In this document: positions 26,585 to 35,817 of the stretch, one piece after another
How positions within the stretch are numbered: the stretch's first letter is position 1
Layout: every line of letters starts with the position of its first letter
Origin: a virus
Taxonomy: Duplodnaviria > Caudoviricetes
Reading direction: 5' to 3' (one strand)
Length of the DNA: 56,613 nt
IMG/VR virus record: IMGVR_UViG_3300017769_000011
Span: 1-56,613 of that record
The notes under the pieces: generated by a model
Seen by the model: only the letters and a program-made list of their open reading frames with translations
Told to the model about the DNA's origin: nothing
The model's database searches: none
Made by a program: the position numbers and the translations under genes

Positions 26585-26613
26585 AAGTTATCAGGCCTGG
26601 CAGATAATGTCAA
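26585..26613 (-). promoter_or_regulatory. sigma70-type early promoter (leftward member of a divergent pair)
   Basis: TTGACA-N17-TAACTT followed by TATAGTCGAAAGGA. Confidence 0.6.
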
Positions 26614-26666
26614 CAGCTTTCTATGAAAAAAATGAAATTTATTTTGACTTATTTTGAAAATAATAC

Positions 26667-26695
26667 TTGACAAATTGTGATTTGTGTCGTATTAT
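26667..26695 (+). promoter_or_regulatory. sigma70-type early promoter (rightward member of a divergent pair)
   Basis: TTGACA-N17-TATTAT. Confidence 0.7.
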
Positions 26696-26727
26696 GTATA
26701 TGTAAGTTGAGAGAAAGGACTTCAAAA

Positions 26728-27021
26728 ATGAGTGTCGAAATTATGGAAATCACTAAGACTGAGTATGATGGGTTTGTTGATTACTGTGCAAAGTTTTATG
26801 GTGAAGGTCAGATGTATGCCCAACGGGACTTTGCTACTAAAGCACAGATTCGGGAAGCAACCAACATCTACTTGATGAGTAATCGGGAAGAGTTCTTTGT
26901 TGACTTGAGTGACATTGACCCTACTGAATATCGTAAGCATAAGTGGGGCGGTGGTGACACTGTTGACCGTGAGACTGTCGCTGGCATTCTTGTTAACGAA
27001 CTTGGTGTAGACCTTTACTAA
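26728..27021 (+). CDS. Hypothetical early protein
   Basis: AAAGGA RBS; WGGGDTVDRE motif. Confidence 0.65.
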   Translation: MSVEIMEITKTEYDGFVDYCAKFYGEGQMYAQRDFATKAQIREATNIYLMSNREEFFVDLSDIDPTEYRKHKWGGGDTVDRETVAGILVNELGVDLY

Positions 27022-27037
27022 AGGAAAGGAAATAGTT

Positions 27038-27208
27038 ATGAATGAAAATGATGGAATCTTTGACTTCTTGGATAATTTGCGTGACGATGGTAGTATCAAT
27101 ATGTTTGGTGCAGCCCCTGTTATTCAAGAGGTCTTTGAATTGACTAAAACAGAATCAAGACAAATTCTTACTGAATGGTTGAAAAGACCTAAAAAAGATT
27201 TTGCTTGA
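27038..27208 (+). CDS. Small hypothetical protein (56 aa; not in ORF track)
   Basis: MNENDGIFDFLDNLRDDGSINMFGAAP...; AAGGA RBS. Confidence 0.7.
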   Translation: MNENDGIFDFLDNLRDDGSINMFGAAPVIQEVFELTKTESRQILTEWLKRPKKDFA

Positions 27209-27231
27209 CAAACTCTGTTAGATTTGGTAAT
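27204..27231 (+). repeat. Early-promoter repeat, copy 1
   Basis: CTTGACAAACTCTGTTAGATTTGGTAAT; 27/28 identical to 55020..55047; TTGACA-N17-TAATAT. Confidence 0.8.
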
Positions 27232-27263
27232 ATAATATTATAGTTGAGAAAAGGAGAGAAACT

Positions 27264-27692
27264 ATGGCTTATGTAACACAAGAGATGAAAAAAGAGTTGG
27301 CGCCTGGCATTAAGGCGGTTCTCAAGAAGTATGGTATGAAAGGTTCTATTAGTATTAACAACTATAGTTCTTTGGTTGTGACTCTACAACAAGGGCCTTT
27401 GGACTTTAGAGGTGTTGACTATCGGGGTGACAATATTTACTACCCTGCTACTGATGGCAATATGCACAGTCAAGTCAATACATACCACGTTGATAAGTTC
27501 TATAGTGGAGTGACTGCTGACTTTTTGAATGAGTTGGTTGCCGCCATGAAAGGTGTAACGAGTCGGGGTGAGTGGTATGACAAGACCGATATCATGACTG
27601 ACTACTTTGATATCGCATACTATGTAAACGTTAATGTCGGTAAGTTTGATAAAGGTTATATATACACAGGAGAGGAGAAGTTAGCCGCATGA
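27264..27692 (+). CDS. Conserved early phage protein (D.MTDYF motif; resembles large-polyvalent-protein-associated domains)
   Basis: IKAVLKKYGMKGS...VN.YH...YDKTDIMTDYFD.AYY; ends LAA. Confidence 0.65.
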   Translation: MAYVTQEMKKELAPGIKAVLKKYGMKGSISINNYSSLVVTLQQGPLDFRGVDYRGDNIYYPATDGNMHSQVNTYHVDKFYSGVTADFLNELVAAMKGVTSRGEWYDKTDIMTDYFDIAYYVNVNVGKFDKGYIYTGEEKLAA

Positions 27693-27868
27693 TAAACAAA
27701 GAGGCTCAGTTGAGACAAAAACAAATTATCAAATTTCTCAGAGACGCAGAAGATGACCTCGCAAAAGCTCAAAAGGAGAAAAACCTTGAGAGCGTTGCGA
27801 CATATCAGTTTCTTGTGAATGAATATGAACAAATGTTAGAAGAATTTAACGACTATTACAAAGTCTAA
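27689..27868 (+). CDS. Small helical protein (59 aa; not in ORF track)
   Basis: MINKEAQLRQKQII...YYKV; GGAG RBS, ATGA overlap. Confidence 0.6.
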   Translation: MINKEAQLRQKQIIKFLRDAEDDLAKAQKEKNLESVATYQFLVNEYEQMLEEFNDYYKV

Positions 27869-27903
27869 ATACCTAAAACACTATATACTATTAAGAGGTT
27901 ATT

Positions 27904-28323
27904 ATGGAACTTGATGTATTTGAAATACTTCAAAAGTTTTCTGAACAGAAAACAAGAAAAGACAAGATAGAGTTCTTGAAGAAAAACAGTATCCCAGCCC
28001 TGCGAGACGTTTGTCGAGGGGCATATGATAAATCTATTGAATGGAGTTTACCAGCCGGTAAACCACCATACACGCCAAGTCGCCCCGAAAGCACCCCAAA
28101 CAGTCTAAGGAGACAACACTTAGAGTTCGGTTGGTTTGTAAAAGGTATGAAAGGCGACTCCATCACAAGTTATAAACGAGAGAATAAGTTCATTCAACTT
28201 TTGGAAAGTGTTCATCCAGAGGATGCACTCATTATTCTCAATATGGTGCAAAAGAAAGCACCCTTCAAAGGTTTGACTAAGAAGATAGTAGAGGAGGCGT
28301 TTCCTAATCTGCTAAAATCTTAA
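27904..28323 (+). CDS. DUF6433-like conserved T4-like phage protein
   Basis: W.LP.G.PPY, KRE..FIQLLE.VHP.DA, V.EAFP. Confidence 0.75.
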   Translation: MELDVFEILQKFSEQKTRKDKIEFLKKNSIPALRDVCRGAYDKSIEWSLPAGKPPYTPSRPESTPNSLRRQHLEFGWFVKGMKGDSITSYKRENKFIQLLESVHPEDALIILNMVQKKAPFKGLTKKIVEEAFPNLLKS

Positions 28324-28366
28324 TATTTTCGTTATGTTCTTTTAACTCTAACAACAAGGAGCGTCT

Positions 28367-28534
28367 ATGCCAAGAAACCAAATAGAGAGATTGAAGAACG
28401 ACAGTAGAGAACTCGATAACTATATTCACCGCCTGCGGAAGAAAGGCCGCACAGACCTTGCTCATAAGTTATTGGTGAAAAAAGAATTTCTTAATCAATC
28501 TATTGCAGAATACGAAAATTCACTTCTAGCATAA
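28367..28534 (+). CDS. Small hypothetical protein (55 aa; not in ORF track)
   Basis: MPRNQIERLKNDSRELD...; AAGGAG RBS. Confidence 0.6.
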   Translation: MPRNQIERLKNDSRELDNYIHRLRKKGRTDLAHKLLVKKEFLNQSIAEYENSLLA

Positions 28535-28595
28535 AGGTAGGTGGTCAGGTATCTCGTTGGGGGTGCAGGTCACTCCCAACGTTACTGGAGATAAT

Positions 28596-28829
28596 ATGCC
28601 AACATACATCATAGAAAATAAAAAGACCGAAGAACGAGAAGAAAGATTTTGTTCTTGGAGTGAAATCGAAAAATTCATTCAAGAAAATCCTGACTGGCAT
28701 ATCCCACCTTCAGCGCCAAGTCTTGTTACCCACACTGGAAACATTGTTAATAAAACAAGTGGTGATTGGAAAAATCATCTTGAGAATATTAAAAAGGGTT
28801 CGGGTTCTGGAAACTCCATCAAGGTATGA
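28596..28829 (+). CDS. Small FmdB-like/hypothetical protein
   Basis: MPTY start, ENP, W..HL..IKK; GGAG RBS. Confidence 0.65.
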   Translation: MPTYIIENKKTEEREERFCSWSEIEKFIQENPDWHIPPSAPSLVTHTGNIVNKTSGDWKNHLENIKKGSGSGNSIKV

Positions 28830-29320
28830 ACGACTTCATAAAGGTCTATCCCATTGAAACACATGAGGAGAACTTTGACCAACTGATGACGATGATTGAA
28901 CACTGTATCGAACGTAGTCCCTGTGGATATGCGAACATGTCACATACAGACTACAAGATACACGACAATCAAAAGAAAAATCCTTTCCAACCATACAGAC
29001 AAATCTGGAGACAGATGGTCAATCCCTACATAAAACAGTATATGCAATCTTTTGGATGTAACAAACTAAGAGAACATAACACTTGGTATGCTCAATATTA
29101 TGATGGGGCTGATTTTGGTTGGCACACCCATACAGGAACAAATGTGTCATGTGTGTATCTACTTGAGGGAACACCAAAGGATGCGACTCAATTTTGGGGA
29201 TTTGACATTGAAGTAAAAGAAGGTGACCTTGTAATGTTTCCTGCTATGGTGAGACATAGGTCACCTCAAGTCAATCAGGGAAGAAAAACAATCATTGCAC
29301 AAAACATGGATATACTGTGA
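28826..29320 (+). CDS. 2OG-Fe(II) oxygenase-like protein (TIGR02466-like)
   Basis: GWHTH, SCVY.L, EGD.VMFP...H. Confidence 0.75.
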   Translation: MNDFIKVYPIETHEENFDQLMTMIEHCIERSPCGYANMSHTDYKIHDNQKKNPFQPYRQIWRQMVNPYIKQYMQSFGCNKLREHNTWYAQYYDGADFGWHTHTGTNVSCVYLLEGTPKDATQFWGFDIEVKEGDLVMFPAMVRHRSPQVNQGRKTIIAQNMDIL

Positions 29321-30000
29321 AAAAACTTAGAATGGATAATTTGTTATCCTATGAACCAATTACAAATAATCAAAAGATTGCTTACGAGGCTTGGGATGAG
29401 GGTGACAACCTAGTTCTATGCGGTAGTGCAGGAACAGGGAAAACATTTATCGGAATGTATCTTGGACTTGAGTCTGTCTTAGATAAGTCTTGGGAACAGA
29501 ATAAACTTGTTATCGTAAGAAGTGTTGTTCCAACACGAGAAATGGGTTACCTGCCTGGCTCTATTGAAGAAAAGGTAGATGCATACACTGCACCATATCG
29601 TTCTATCACAAATGAACTATTCAACGATAGAAACGCATTTGATATGTTAGAAAGTCAGGGTCAACTCTCTTTTATGTCAACGTCTTTTATTCGTGGTATC
29701 ACTCTGGATGATTGTGTTCTGTTAATTGATGAAATGCAGAATCTTACCTTTCATGAACTTGACTCAATCATTACACGAGTCGGACGTAATACCAAAGTCA
29801 TATTCAGTGGAGACTACTATCAGTCAGACCTTACAAAAGAAACAGATAAGAATGGTGTTCTGCACTTCATGAATATCATGGAACAACTAAAAGATTTTTC
29901 AATAATTGAATTTAACTGGACTGACATTGTAAGGTCAGGATTTGTTAGAGACTATATAATGACAAAAGAAATGTTGGAGAGAAAAAATGCAACTATCTAA
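29317..30000 (+). CDS. phoH: PhoH family ATPase
   Basis: GSAGTGKT, MGYLPG, RG.TLD, DEMQN, TRVG, GD..QSD, DIVRSG.V. Confidence 0.95.
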   Translation: MKKLRMDNLLSYEPITNNQKIAYEAWDEGDNLVLCGSAGTGKTFIGMYLGLESVLDKSWEQNKLVIVRSVVPTREMGYLPGSIEEKVDAYTAPYRSITNELFNDRNAFDMLESQGQLSFMSTSFIRGITLDDCVLLIDEMQNLTFHELDSIITRVGRNTKVIFSGDYYQSDLTKETDKNGVLHFMNIMEQLKDFSIIEFNWTDIVRSGFVRDYIMTKEMLERKNATI

Positions 30001-30451
30001 AAACTTTACACTCAAAGAATTTACCAAGTCAATGACTGCAACTCGTTTGGATATCGACAATACACCTCAAGGAGAACATCTAGAGAACGCAGAGGCGTTG
30101 TTTAAAAATATTGTTCAACCTGTTCGTGACTACTTTGGGCCTACAAAAATCAATAGTGGATATCGTTCACCTGAACTCAATGAAGCAGTCGGAGGGTCAT
30201 CTCACTCTCAACATTGTAAGGGTGAGGCAGTAGATATCGAATGTATAGGAAATAGTAACTATGACGTTGCGGTGTGGATAAAGGATAATCTAGACTTTGA
30301 CCAACTCATCCTTGAGTTCTATACGCCCGGCGTTCCTGATTCTGGTTGGGTTCATGTATCATTCGCAAGAGTGACACTCAATCGTAGGTCAATTCTGACC
30401 GCCATGAAAGAGAATGGTAAGACAGTATATAAAGAGGGATTAATTGAGTAA
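29987..30451 (+). CDS. Peptidase M15A (Zn D-Ala-D-Ala peptidase-type endolysin)
   Basis: LSKNFTL.E, SGYRS..LN..VGG...SQH..G.AVD, WVHVS. Confidence 0.88.
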   Translation: MQLSKNFTLKEFTKSMTATRLDIDNTPQGEHLENAEALFKNIVQPVRDYFGPTKINSGYRSPELNEAVGGSSHSQHCKGEAVDIECIGNSNYDVAVWIKDNLDFDQLILEFYTPGVPDSGWVHVSFARVTLNRRSILTAMKENGKTVYKEGLIE

Positions 30452-30457
30452 AAAGAC

Positions 30458-30486
30458 TTGACATATCGTGTTTTATGTGGTATAAA
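30458..30486 (+). promoter_or_regulatory. sigma70-type promoter
   Basis: TTGACA-N17-TATAAA. Confidence 0.65.
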
Positions 30487-30521
30487 GGTAGTATATAATG
30501 ATTAATAAGAAAGGAAATGAT

Positions 30522-31097
30522 ATGAATAAAGTGATTCTTACCGATTGTGATGGAGTTCTCCTGAACTGGGAATATGCGTTTCACGTCTGGATGGAACAGA
30601 TGGGATACGAAAAGCGTGAAGGTTGTTACGATGTCTATGATGTCGCTGACAAATACTACATTACCAAAGAAGAAGGTAAGAAACTTGTAAAGATGTTCAA
30701 CCAAAGTGCCGCAATGGGATTTCTTCCCCCTCTTCGGGATGCAGTTGAATATGTAAGAAAACTACACGAAAAAGGTTATGTCTTTCACCTCATCACAAGT
30801 ATGAGTAATGACCAAAATGCTCAACGGCTTCGGACAAAGAATATCAAGAAGTTGTTTGGCAAAACTGCTTTTGAAAAATTTATCTATCTCGACACTGGTG
30901 CAGATAAGGATGAAGAATTGTCTAAATACAAAGACAAAGAATACATCTGGATTGAAGACAAGGTTGAGAACGCAGAGTGCGGTGATAGTTTCGGTCTCGA
31001 ATCAATTCTGATGGAACACACGTTCAATATGGATAATGAAAAGTTTCCATTGATGAAGAATTGGAAAGAGATATATGAGTATATCACGGCCGAATGA
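30522..31097 (+). CDS. HAD-superfamily 5'-nucleotidase-like protein (T4 gp30.2-like)
   Basis: LTDCDGVLLNW, ITS, K, WIEDK. Confidence 0.82.
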   Translation: MNKVILTDCDGVLLNWEYAFHVWMEQMGYEKREGCYDVYDVADKYYITKEEGKKLVKMFNQSAAMGFLPPLRDAVEYVRKLHEKGYVFHLITSMSNDQNAQRLRTKNIKKLFGKTAFEKFIYLDTGADKDEELSKYKDKEYIWIEDKVENAECGDSFGLESILMEHTFNMDNEKFPLMKNWKEIYEYITAE

Positions 31098-31764
31098 TGG
31101 TAATTTTGAAGTAGGAAAAGAACTCTCTGAAAAACCTAAGTTCCCAATTGAAGATGTAATTCAAGTCGTAAGATTTGAAGAACATGAAGAACATGCGGAA
31201 TCTTTTATGTGGGCGATTGACGAAATGATTGCCCTTGACCCTAAAATGACACTTACGCCTGACAAGCATTGGGGAGATTATCAAAATGCACCTAATCATA
31301 AAGATATGCAACTCTTCGATGGTAAGAATGAGAAAGGTTATGGCCACCCTTTCTCAAATCACTATGGTGAAAAGTATTCAGAAACAAATCGAATCTACGA
31401 AGACAAATTCAAAGAGTTTCTCAAACCATATTTACAGAGATATGCCGAGAAGTTTTATTGTAATATTGTTACCATAAATAGAGTTTGGTTTTCGAGATAT
31501 CGTCTCAAGAATGGATTTGGTTGGCACACTCACGCAGGTGTGAATATGTCAGGTGTATATCTACTAGATATGCCTGATTATTGTGTAACCGAGTTCAAGA
31601 TTGATATGGACATCCCAGCCAAAGAGGGTGACCTAATTCTATTTCCCTCAAGTTTTATTCATCGTTGTCCACCTGTTTACGAGGATGGAAAGACCGCAAT
31701 TGTATTTTCGTGGGATATGCACTATCTACCACCTGAGTTTGAAAAGAATTGGAAAAATGACTAA
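31075..31764 (+). CDS. 2OG-Fe(II) oxygenase-like protein
   Basis: GWHTH, NMSGVY, KEGDLILFPS...H. Confidence 0.75.
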   Translation: MSISRPNDGNFEVGKELSEKPKFPIEDVIQVVRFEEHEEHAESFMWAIDEMIALDPKMTLTPDKHWGDYQNAPNHKDMQLFDGKNEKGYGHPFSNHYGEKYSETNRIYEDKFKEFLKPYLQRYAEKFYCNIVTINRVWFSRYRLKNGFGWHTHAGVNMSGVYLLDMPDYCVTEFKIDMDIPAKEGDLILFPSSFIHRCPPVYEDGKTAIVFSWDMHYLPPEFEKNWKND

Positions 31765-32356
31765 TCCTGTCAAATTATATAATCTAAAAGAACATGACGA
31801 ATATGCAGATGAGCTCATGCTGGCAATCGACCAGTTATGTGAAACAAGAGATGATATTGAAATACACAAGGGTATTCACTGGGCAGACCACCACCTCAAC
31901 GAGAAACTCTACGAAAAAAAGTTTCGACAACTGATACAACCATATCTCATCAATTGTGCAAAGGAACACTATGGATGCGACATGGCAGAGTTTCGTCAGT
32001 GTTGGTTTTCTCGTGTTCGAAACTCAAAGGGTAATGGATGGCATACTCATGGACAAACCAATATGTCGGGAGTCTACTATCTAGAGATGCCGAAGAAGAA
32101 ATATGTAACAAGTTTCTGGGACAAGTCTGTTGAGATAGATGCGAAAGAAGGTGACTTTATATTGTTTCCTTCTCATATGTTACATGCATGTCCACCAATC
32201 GATGAGGAAAAGAAAACAGTAATCTCTTTTGATTGGGATATATACTTATCAAATCATCTAGTCTCAGAGAAGTGGGACAGGTGGATAGTGGACTATGAAG
32301 AATCAATATATGCTAAAGGAACACCTATACATAAACTAGGAGATAAAAATGGCTGA
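31757..32356 (+). CDS. 2OG-Fe(II) oxygenase-like protein
   Basis: GWHTH, NMSGVYY, KEGDFILFPS...H. Confidence 0.75.
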   Translation: MTNPVKLYNLKEHDEYADELMLAIDQLCETRDDIEIHKGIHWADHHLNEKLYEKKFRQLIQPYLINCAKEHYGCDMAEFRQCWFSRVRNSKGNGWHTHGQTNMSGVYYLEMPKKKYVTSFWDKSVEIDAKEGDFILFPSHMLHACPPIDEEKKTVISFDWDIYLSNHLVSEKWDRWIVDYEESIYAKGTPIHKLGDKNG

Positions 32357-32702
32357 AATAAGCATACAAAAACAAAAAATAACAGTTGACAGTGATGGCA
32401 CTTTGGCTGGCGCAGACTTAAATGATGATGGTCATATAAGTGAGGCAGAACTAAATATGCACTTGGAGTTCAGACGCAAAGAACTCGAAGATGCAGATGC
32501 GATGCGTGACTCTCAAAGAAAGATGGCATGGTTCGCTCTCTTTGGAATGTTGTTGTATCCCTTCGCTGTTGTATTGGCAAATCTCATAGGACTTGATACA
32601 GCGGCAAACATATTAGGTGATATGGCTCCCACATACTTCGTATCTGTTGCTGCTATCGTTGCAGCATTCTACGCAAAAGATGCTATAACAAAAGGTAAGT
32701 AA
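32349..32702 (+). CDS. Two-TM membrane protein with EF-hand-like loop (holin-like)
   Basis: DLNDDGHISEAE; QRKMAWFAL.GM; two TM helices. Confidence 0.65.
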   Translation: MAEISIQKQKITVDSDGTLAGADLNDDGHISEAELNMHLEFRRKELEDADAMRDSQRKMAWFALFGMLLYPFAVVLANLIGLDTAANILGDMAPTYFVSVAAIVAAFYAKDAITKGK

Positions 32703-32917
32703 TGTCAGGAACAATATGTGCGCTTGTTTGGGTTGGTGTCACTCATGCTTACATGGATGGAGTCTCTGGTGTATTAGTGAAACGATGTAAATATAAATGT
32801 GGCGAACAATATGAGAGACACCAAATATATTATGAAGACCAATGTCCAAACAAATTTGTCATGGGTGGCAAAACAAAAAGTTTATATAATATAATGAGAC
32901 AACAAAGAAGAAGATAA
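32702..32917 (+). CDS. Small 4-Cys protein
   Basis: C-x22-CxYxC-x14-CP. Confidence 0.55.
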   Translation: MSGTICALVWVGVTHAYMDGVSGVLVKRCKYKCGEQYERHQIYYEDQCPNKFVMGGKTKSLYNIMRQQRRR

Positions 32918-33717
32918 TGGAACGTATACAATGGCGTGGCACATGGGGTATAGGTGACTCCATGCGTGGTTTGAACACAGCACATCAACATGCTCACGAT
33001 ACTAATCAAGAAGTTCATCTTGAGATGCACTGGCCTCATGGTGAGGACTATCTAACACATCCTAAAGACCCTGAAACAATTGTTCAAAGAACAGATTGGA
33101 TACACTCTCGTTATCATAACCATGAAAGAGTGAAGTTGACGCATGTCTTTGATTCTGATTTGTTTTGTTCTGATAACAAGAATCCTGATAATAACAAAGC
33201 TCGTTTTTACTTCGAGTCAAATACATATGAACCAGATGGTTGGCCGTCATGTCACTGGATATTCTCCAAAGACCAATTTGTCCCTTCAAAGAAGAAAATA
33301 GTAGTCTGGACACCGACTCATAATAGTGAACCCCCAAGAAAATGGAAAAGAGTCTTGACAAATGAGGATTGGTATGATATAATTAAGATGCTTTCTTGGG
33401 AGGGTTGGATAACTGTAGAATTAACTTACAGGACTCCGATTCGTGATGCATATAAACAAATCCAAGAAGCAAACTTTATTCTGTGTTATGATGGAATGTG
33501 GCACTACATTGCAAGAAACTTTGCAAAACCAATGCTCATTCCTTCATGGGAAGGTGTAACTACTTATAACACTCCTAACGCAGTGAAGAAACATAGTAGT
33601 TGGAGATATAAGAAGGCTATCGGTGATGGCTCTCCAGATGTCTTTGCACCTACTCTTGGTATGATGAAAACAACAGCAAACCAATATCTAAAGAGAATAA
33701 AGAAATATTATGATTGA
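32917..33717 (+). CDS. Putative GT-B glycosyltransferase (GT9-like)
   Basis: GIGD near N-terminus; YDGMWHYIA..F.KP resembling DSG..H.A....P. Confidence 0.6.
   Translation: MERIQWRGTWGIGDSMRGLNTAHQHAHDTNQEVHLEMHWPHGEDYLTHPKDPETIVQRTDWIHSRYHNHERVKLTHVFDSDLFCSDNKNPDNNKARFYFESNTYEPDGWPSCHWIFSKDQFVPSKKKIVVWTPTHNSEPPRKWKRVLTNEDWYDIIKMLSWEGWITVELTYRTPIRDAYKQIQEANFILCYDGMWHYIARNFAKPMLIPSWEGVTTYNTPNAVKKHSSWRYKKAIGDGSPDVFAPTLGMMKTTANQYLKRIKKYYD
33355..33383 (+). promoter_or_regulatory. Intragenic sigma70 consensus promoter
   Basis: TTGACA-N17-TATAAT with extended TG, inside a CDS. Confidence 0.55.
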
Positions 33718-34063
33718 GATACAAGTCAGTATGGGTGAGTTGATTGACAAACTCACTATTCTAGAAATAAAACTAGATAAGGGTCTACCTGTTCAGTCTG
33801 AGTTTGAGATACTAAACGAAGCATATATTCCAGACTTTAAGATTGAGCATCTAAAGAATATTCTCAAATCAATCAATGCACAACTATGGGAGATTGAGGA
33901 CGAGAAGAGATTGTGTGAAAAGACTAAATCATTTACATCTGATTTTGTTACTCTTGCAAGACTAGTGTATATGTTAAATGATGAAAGGGCTCGTATTAAG
34001 AAACTCATAGATAAACTAAGTGATTCTAAAATAACAGAGCATAAAAGTCACCATGAATATTGA
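33710..34063 (+). CDS. DUF6165-like protein
   Basis: VS.GELIDKLTILEIK, N..LW.IED, LAR.VY..ND.RA.IK. Confidence 0.8.
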   Translation: MIEIQVSMGELIDKLTILEIKLDKGLPVQSEFEILNEAYIPDFKIEHLKNILKSINAQLWEIEDEKRLCEKTKSFTSDFVTLARLVYMLNDERARIKKLIDKLSDSKITEHKSHHEY

Positions 34064-35009
34064 TAGAGCAGTCATCGAGATAAATGGTGGGTGTAATTAT
34101 TCTTGTCAGATGTGTCCTCAACAAAGAGGTGCGGATGGTAAGCCAGGCAGACATAAAGACTTTCTGAGAAAGATGTCTCTTGATGAGTTCGAGGACAATA
34201 TTGCGGATTGTGCAGAACATGGACTTCGTGTTGTGAATCTAGATGGTTCAGGTGAAGCAACACTTAATTCTAATCTACCAAATTATCTTGAGATAGTGAG
34301 AAAGTATGGATGTGAGTCTGTAATCTTTTCAAACGGATTCAGAATGCAGGGTCAGTTCATGAAAGATTGTGTTGATGCAGGACTCAACTTCTTTCGTTTT
34401 TCAATCATAGGAAGTAACAACGAAGAATATCAAAAGTGGATGAGTTCCCCTAATTTTGAGAAGGTCATTCAGAACGCAAAGGATATGAACGAATATGCAA
34501 CCGATAAAGATTGTAAGGTCGGAACATATCATCTTATTACCGACACTAAATATCAAGAGGAACAATTAGAACGATACAAAGGTATTGTAGAACACATTGG
34601 TTGTGTAACCGAAATCTGGAGAATGCACAACTGGTCTGGTATGTATCAACCTTTGTATAATAGAGAAGGGGAGAAAAAAACCTGTGGTAGACCTTTTAGT
34701 CCTGATATCGTTATTCGTGCTGGGGGGCTTGATGGTAAATTTGGGGCAGTGGCTCCTTGCTGTCAAGTTCTGGGAAGAGATGAAGAAGCCGTGCTTGGTT
34801 ACACGTCTGAGAATACTATTGAAGAAATTTGGTATGGTAAAGAATACACTAACCTACGAGAAGGTCACATTAATGGAGACTATCCTGATTATTGTCGTGA
34901 TTGTGATTTTCTCATTGATGACACTGAGGTTTTAGTTTATACAAATCACGGCCGTTCTCGTTATCATATGTATGGAACTGAGTTTACATTAAATGACTAT
35001 CGAAAATAA
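34053..35009 (+). CDS. Radical SAM/SPASM-domain protein
   Basis: CNYSCQMC; GEA; C-terminal C..PF...PCC...C..C. Confidence 0.9.
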   Translation: MNIDRAVIEINGGCNYSCQMCPQQRGADGKPGRHKDFLRKMSLDEFEDNIADCAEHGLRVVNLDGSGEATLNSNLPNYLEIVRKYGCESVIFSNGFRMQGQFMKDCVDAGLNFFRFSIIGSNNEEYQKWMSSPNFEKVIQNAKDMNEYATDKDCKVGTYHLITDTKYQEEQLERYKGIVEHIGCVTEIWRMHNWSGMYQPLYNREGEKKTCGRPFSPDIVIRAGGLDGKFGAVAPCCQVLGRDEEAVLGYTSENTIEEIWYGKEYTNLREGHINGDYPDYCRDCDFLIDDTEVLVYTNHGRSRYHMYGTEFTLNDYRK

Positions 35010-35817
35010 AACCGCAGTATTGGTCACAGGCATATATCCATCTCAACTTCAACGATTCATGTTACAATCCTGTCTGGATAAAATAAAGGAAAAGTTTGAA
35101 GGTTGTGACTTTTATTATCAGTGTTGGGATACACCTCAAAATCGATATATTATGAAAAAGGTGAATGAAGATATATTATGGATGACCCAACCTGTGAGTA
35201 ACTACAATCCTTATCGTGTTGCAATTCAAGACGAATACATTAGTGAAAATCAACAGATAAAATTTAAAATAAAGAAACCTCAACGACAAATGCAGTTGAT
35301 TGGATTTCATTATCTTTTCGAGTCAATTGAGAAATCATATGATTACTATTTTCGAACTCGATGGGATGCGGTCATAAGTGATAACTTTGACTTGAACAAA
35401 GCACAGGAGATGGTAGATGAAAATGTTGTTGGATATAACTTTCTGACTCGACATGAATTTCATCATGGAAAGACTGGCCATTATAGATTGAGGTATGACA
35501 GGTATCGAGAGAGACGATTACTTAACAAATATTATTTTGAAAACAACAAACCTCAAGGATATCAAGAGGAATCTGAATTAGTTTGTTATAATAATTTTCT
35601 TTTTGATTTTATGATTGGATTTAAAAAAGAAGACTATAATGGAAAGGCCAATAGTCTGTTGGCAAGTAAAAAACTTTATCCTGCTGAATGGGGTTGGCAT
35701 CAACTGTTGACAAATCAACGAAAACATGTTAATATAGATGGTCTTGTATCAATCGTGAGAAATCTTGAAGGTGATTATGAGACTTGGGAAAAACTAAGTA
35801 AGGCAAAATTATTATGA
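34993..35817 (+). CDS. Putative glycosyltransferase-like protein (paralog set A)
   Basis: YDY.FRTRWD; L.PAE.GW.Q.L shared with 44969 and 45691. Confidence 0.55.
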   Translation: MTIENKTAVLVTGIYPSQLQRFMLQSCLDKIKEKFEGCDFYYQCWDTPQNRYIMKKVNEDILWMTQPVSNYNPYRVAIQDEYISENQQIKFKIKKPQRQMQLIGFHYLFESIEKSYDYYFRTRWDAVISDNFDLNKAQEMVDENVVGYNFLTRHEFHHGKTGHYRLRYDRYRERRLLNKYYFENNKPQGYQEESELVCYNNFLFDFMIGFKKEDYNGKANSLLASKKLYPAEWGWHQLLTNQRKHVNIDGLVSIVRNLEGDYETWEKLSKAKLL

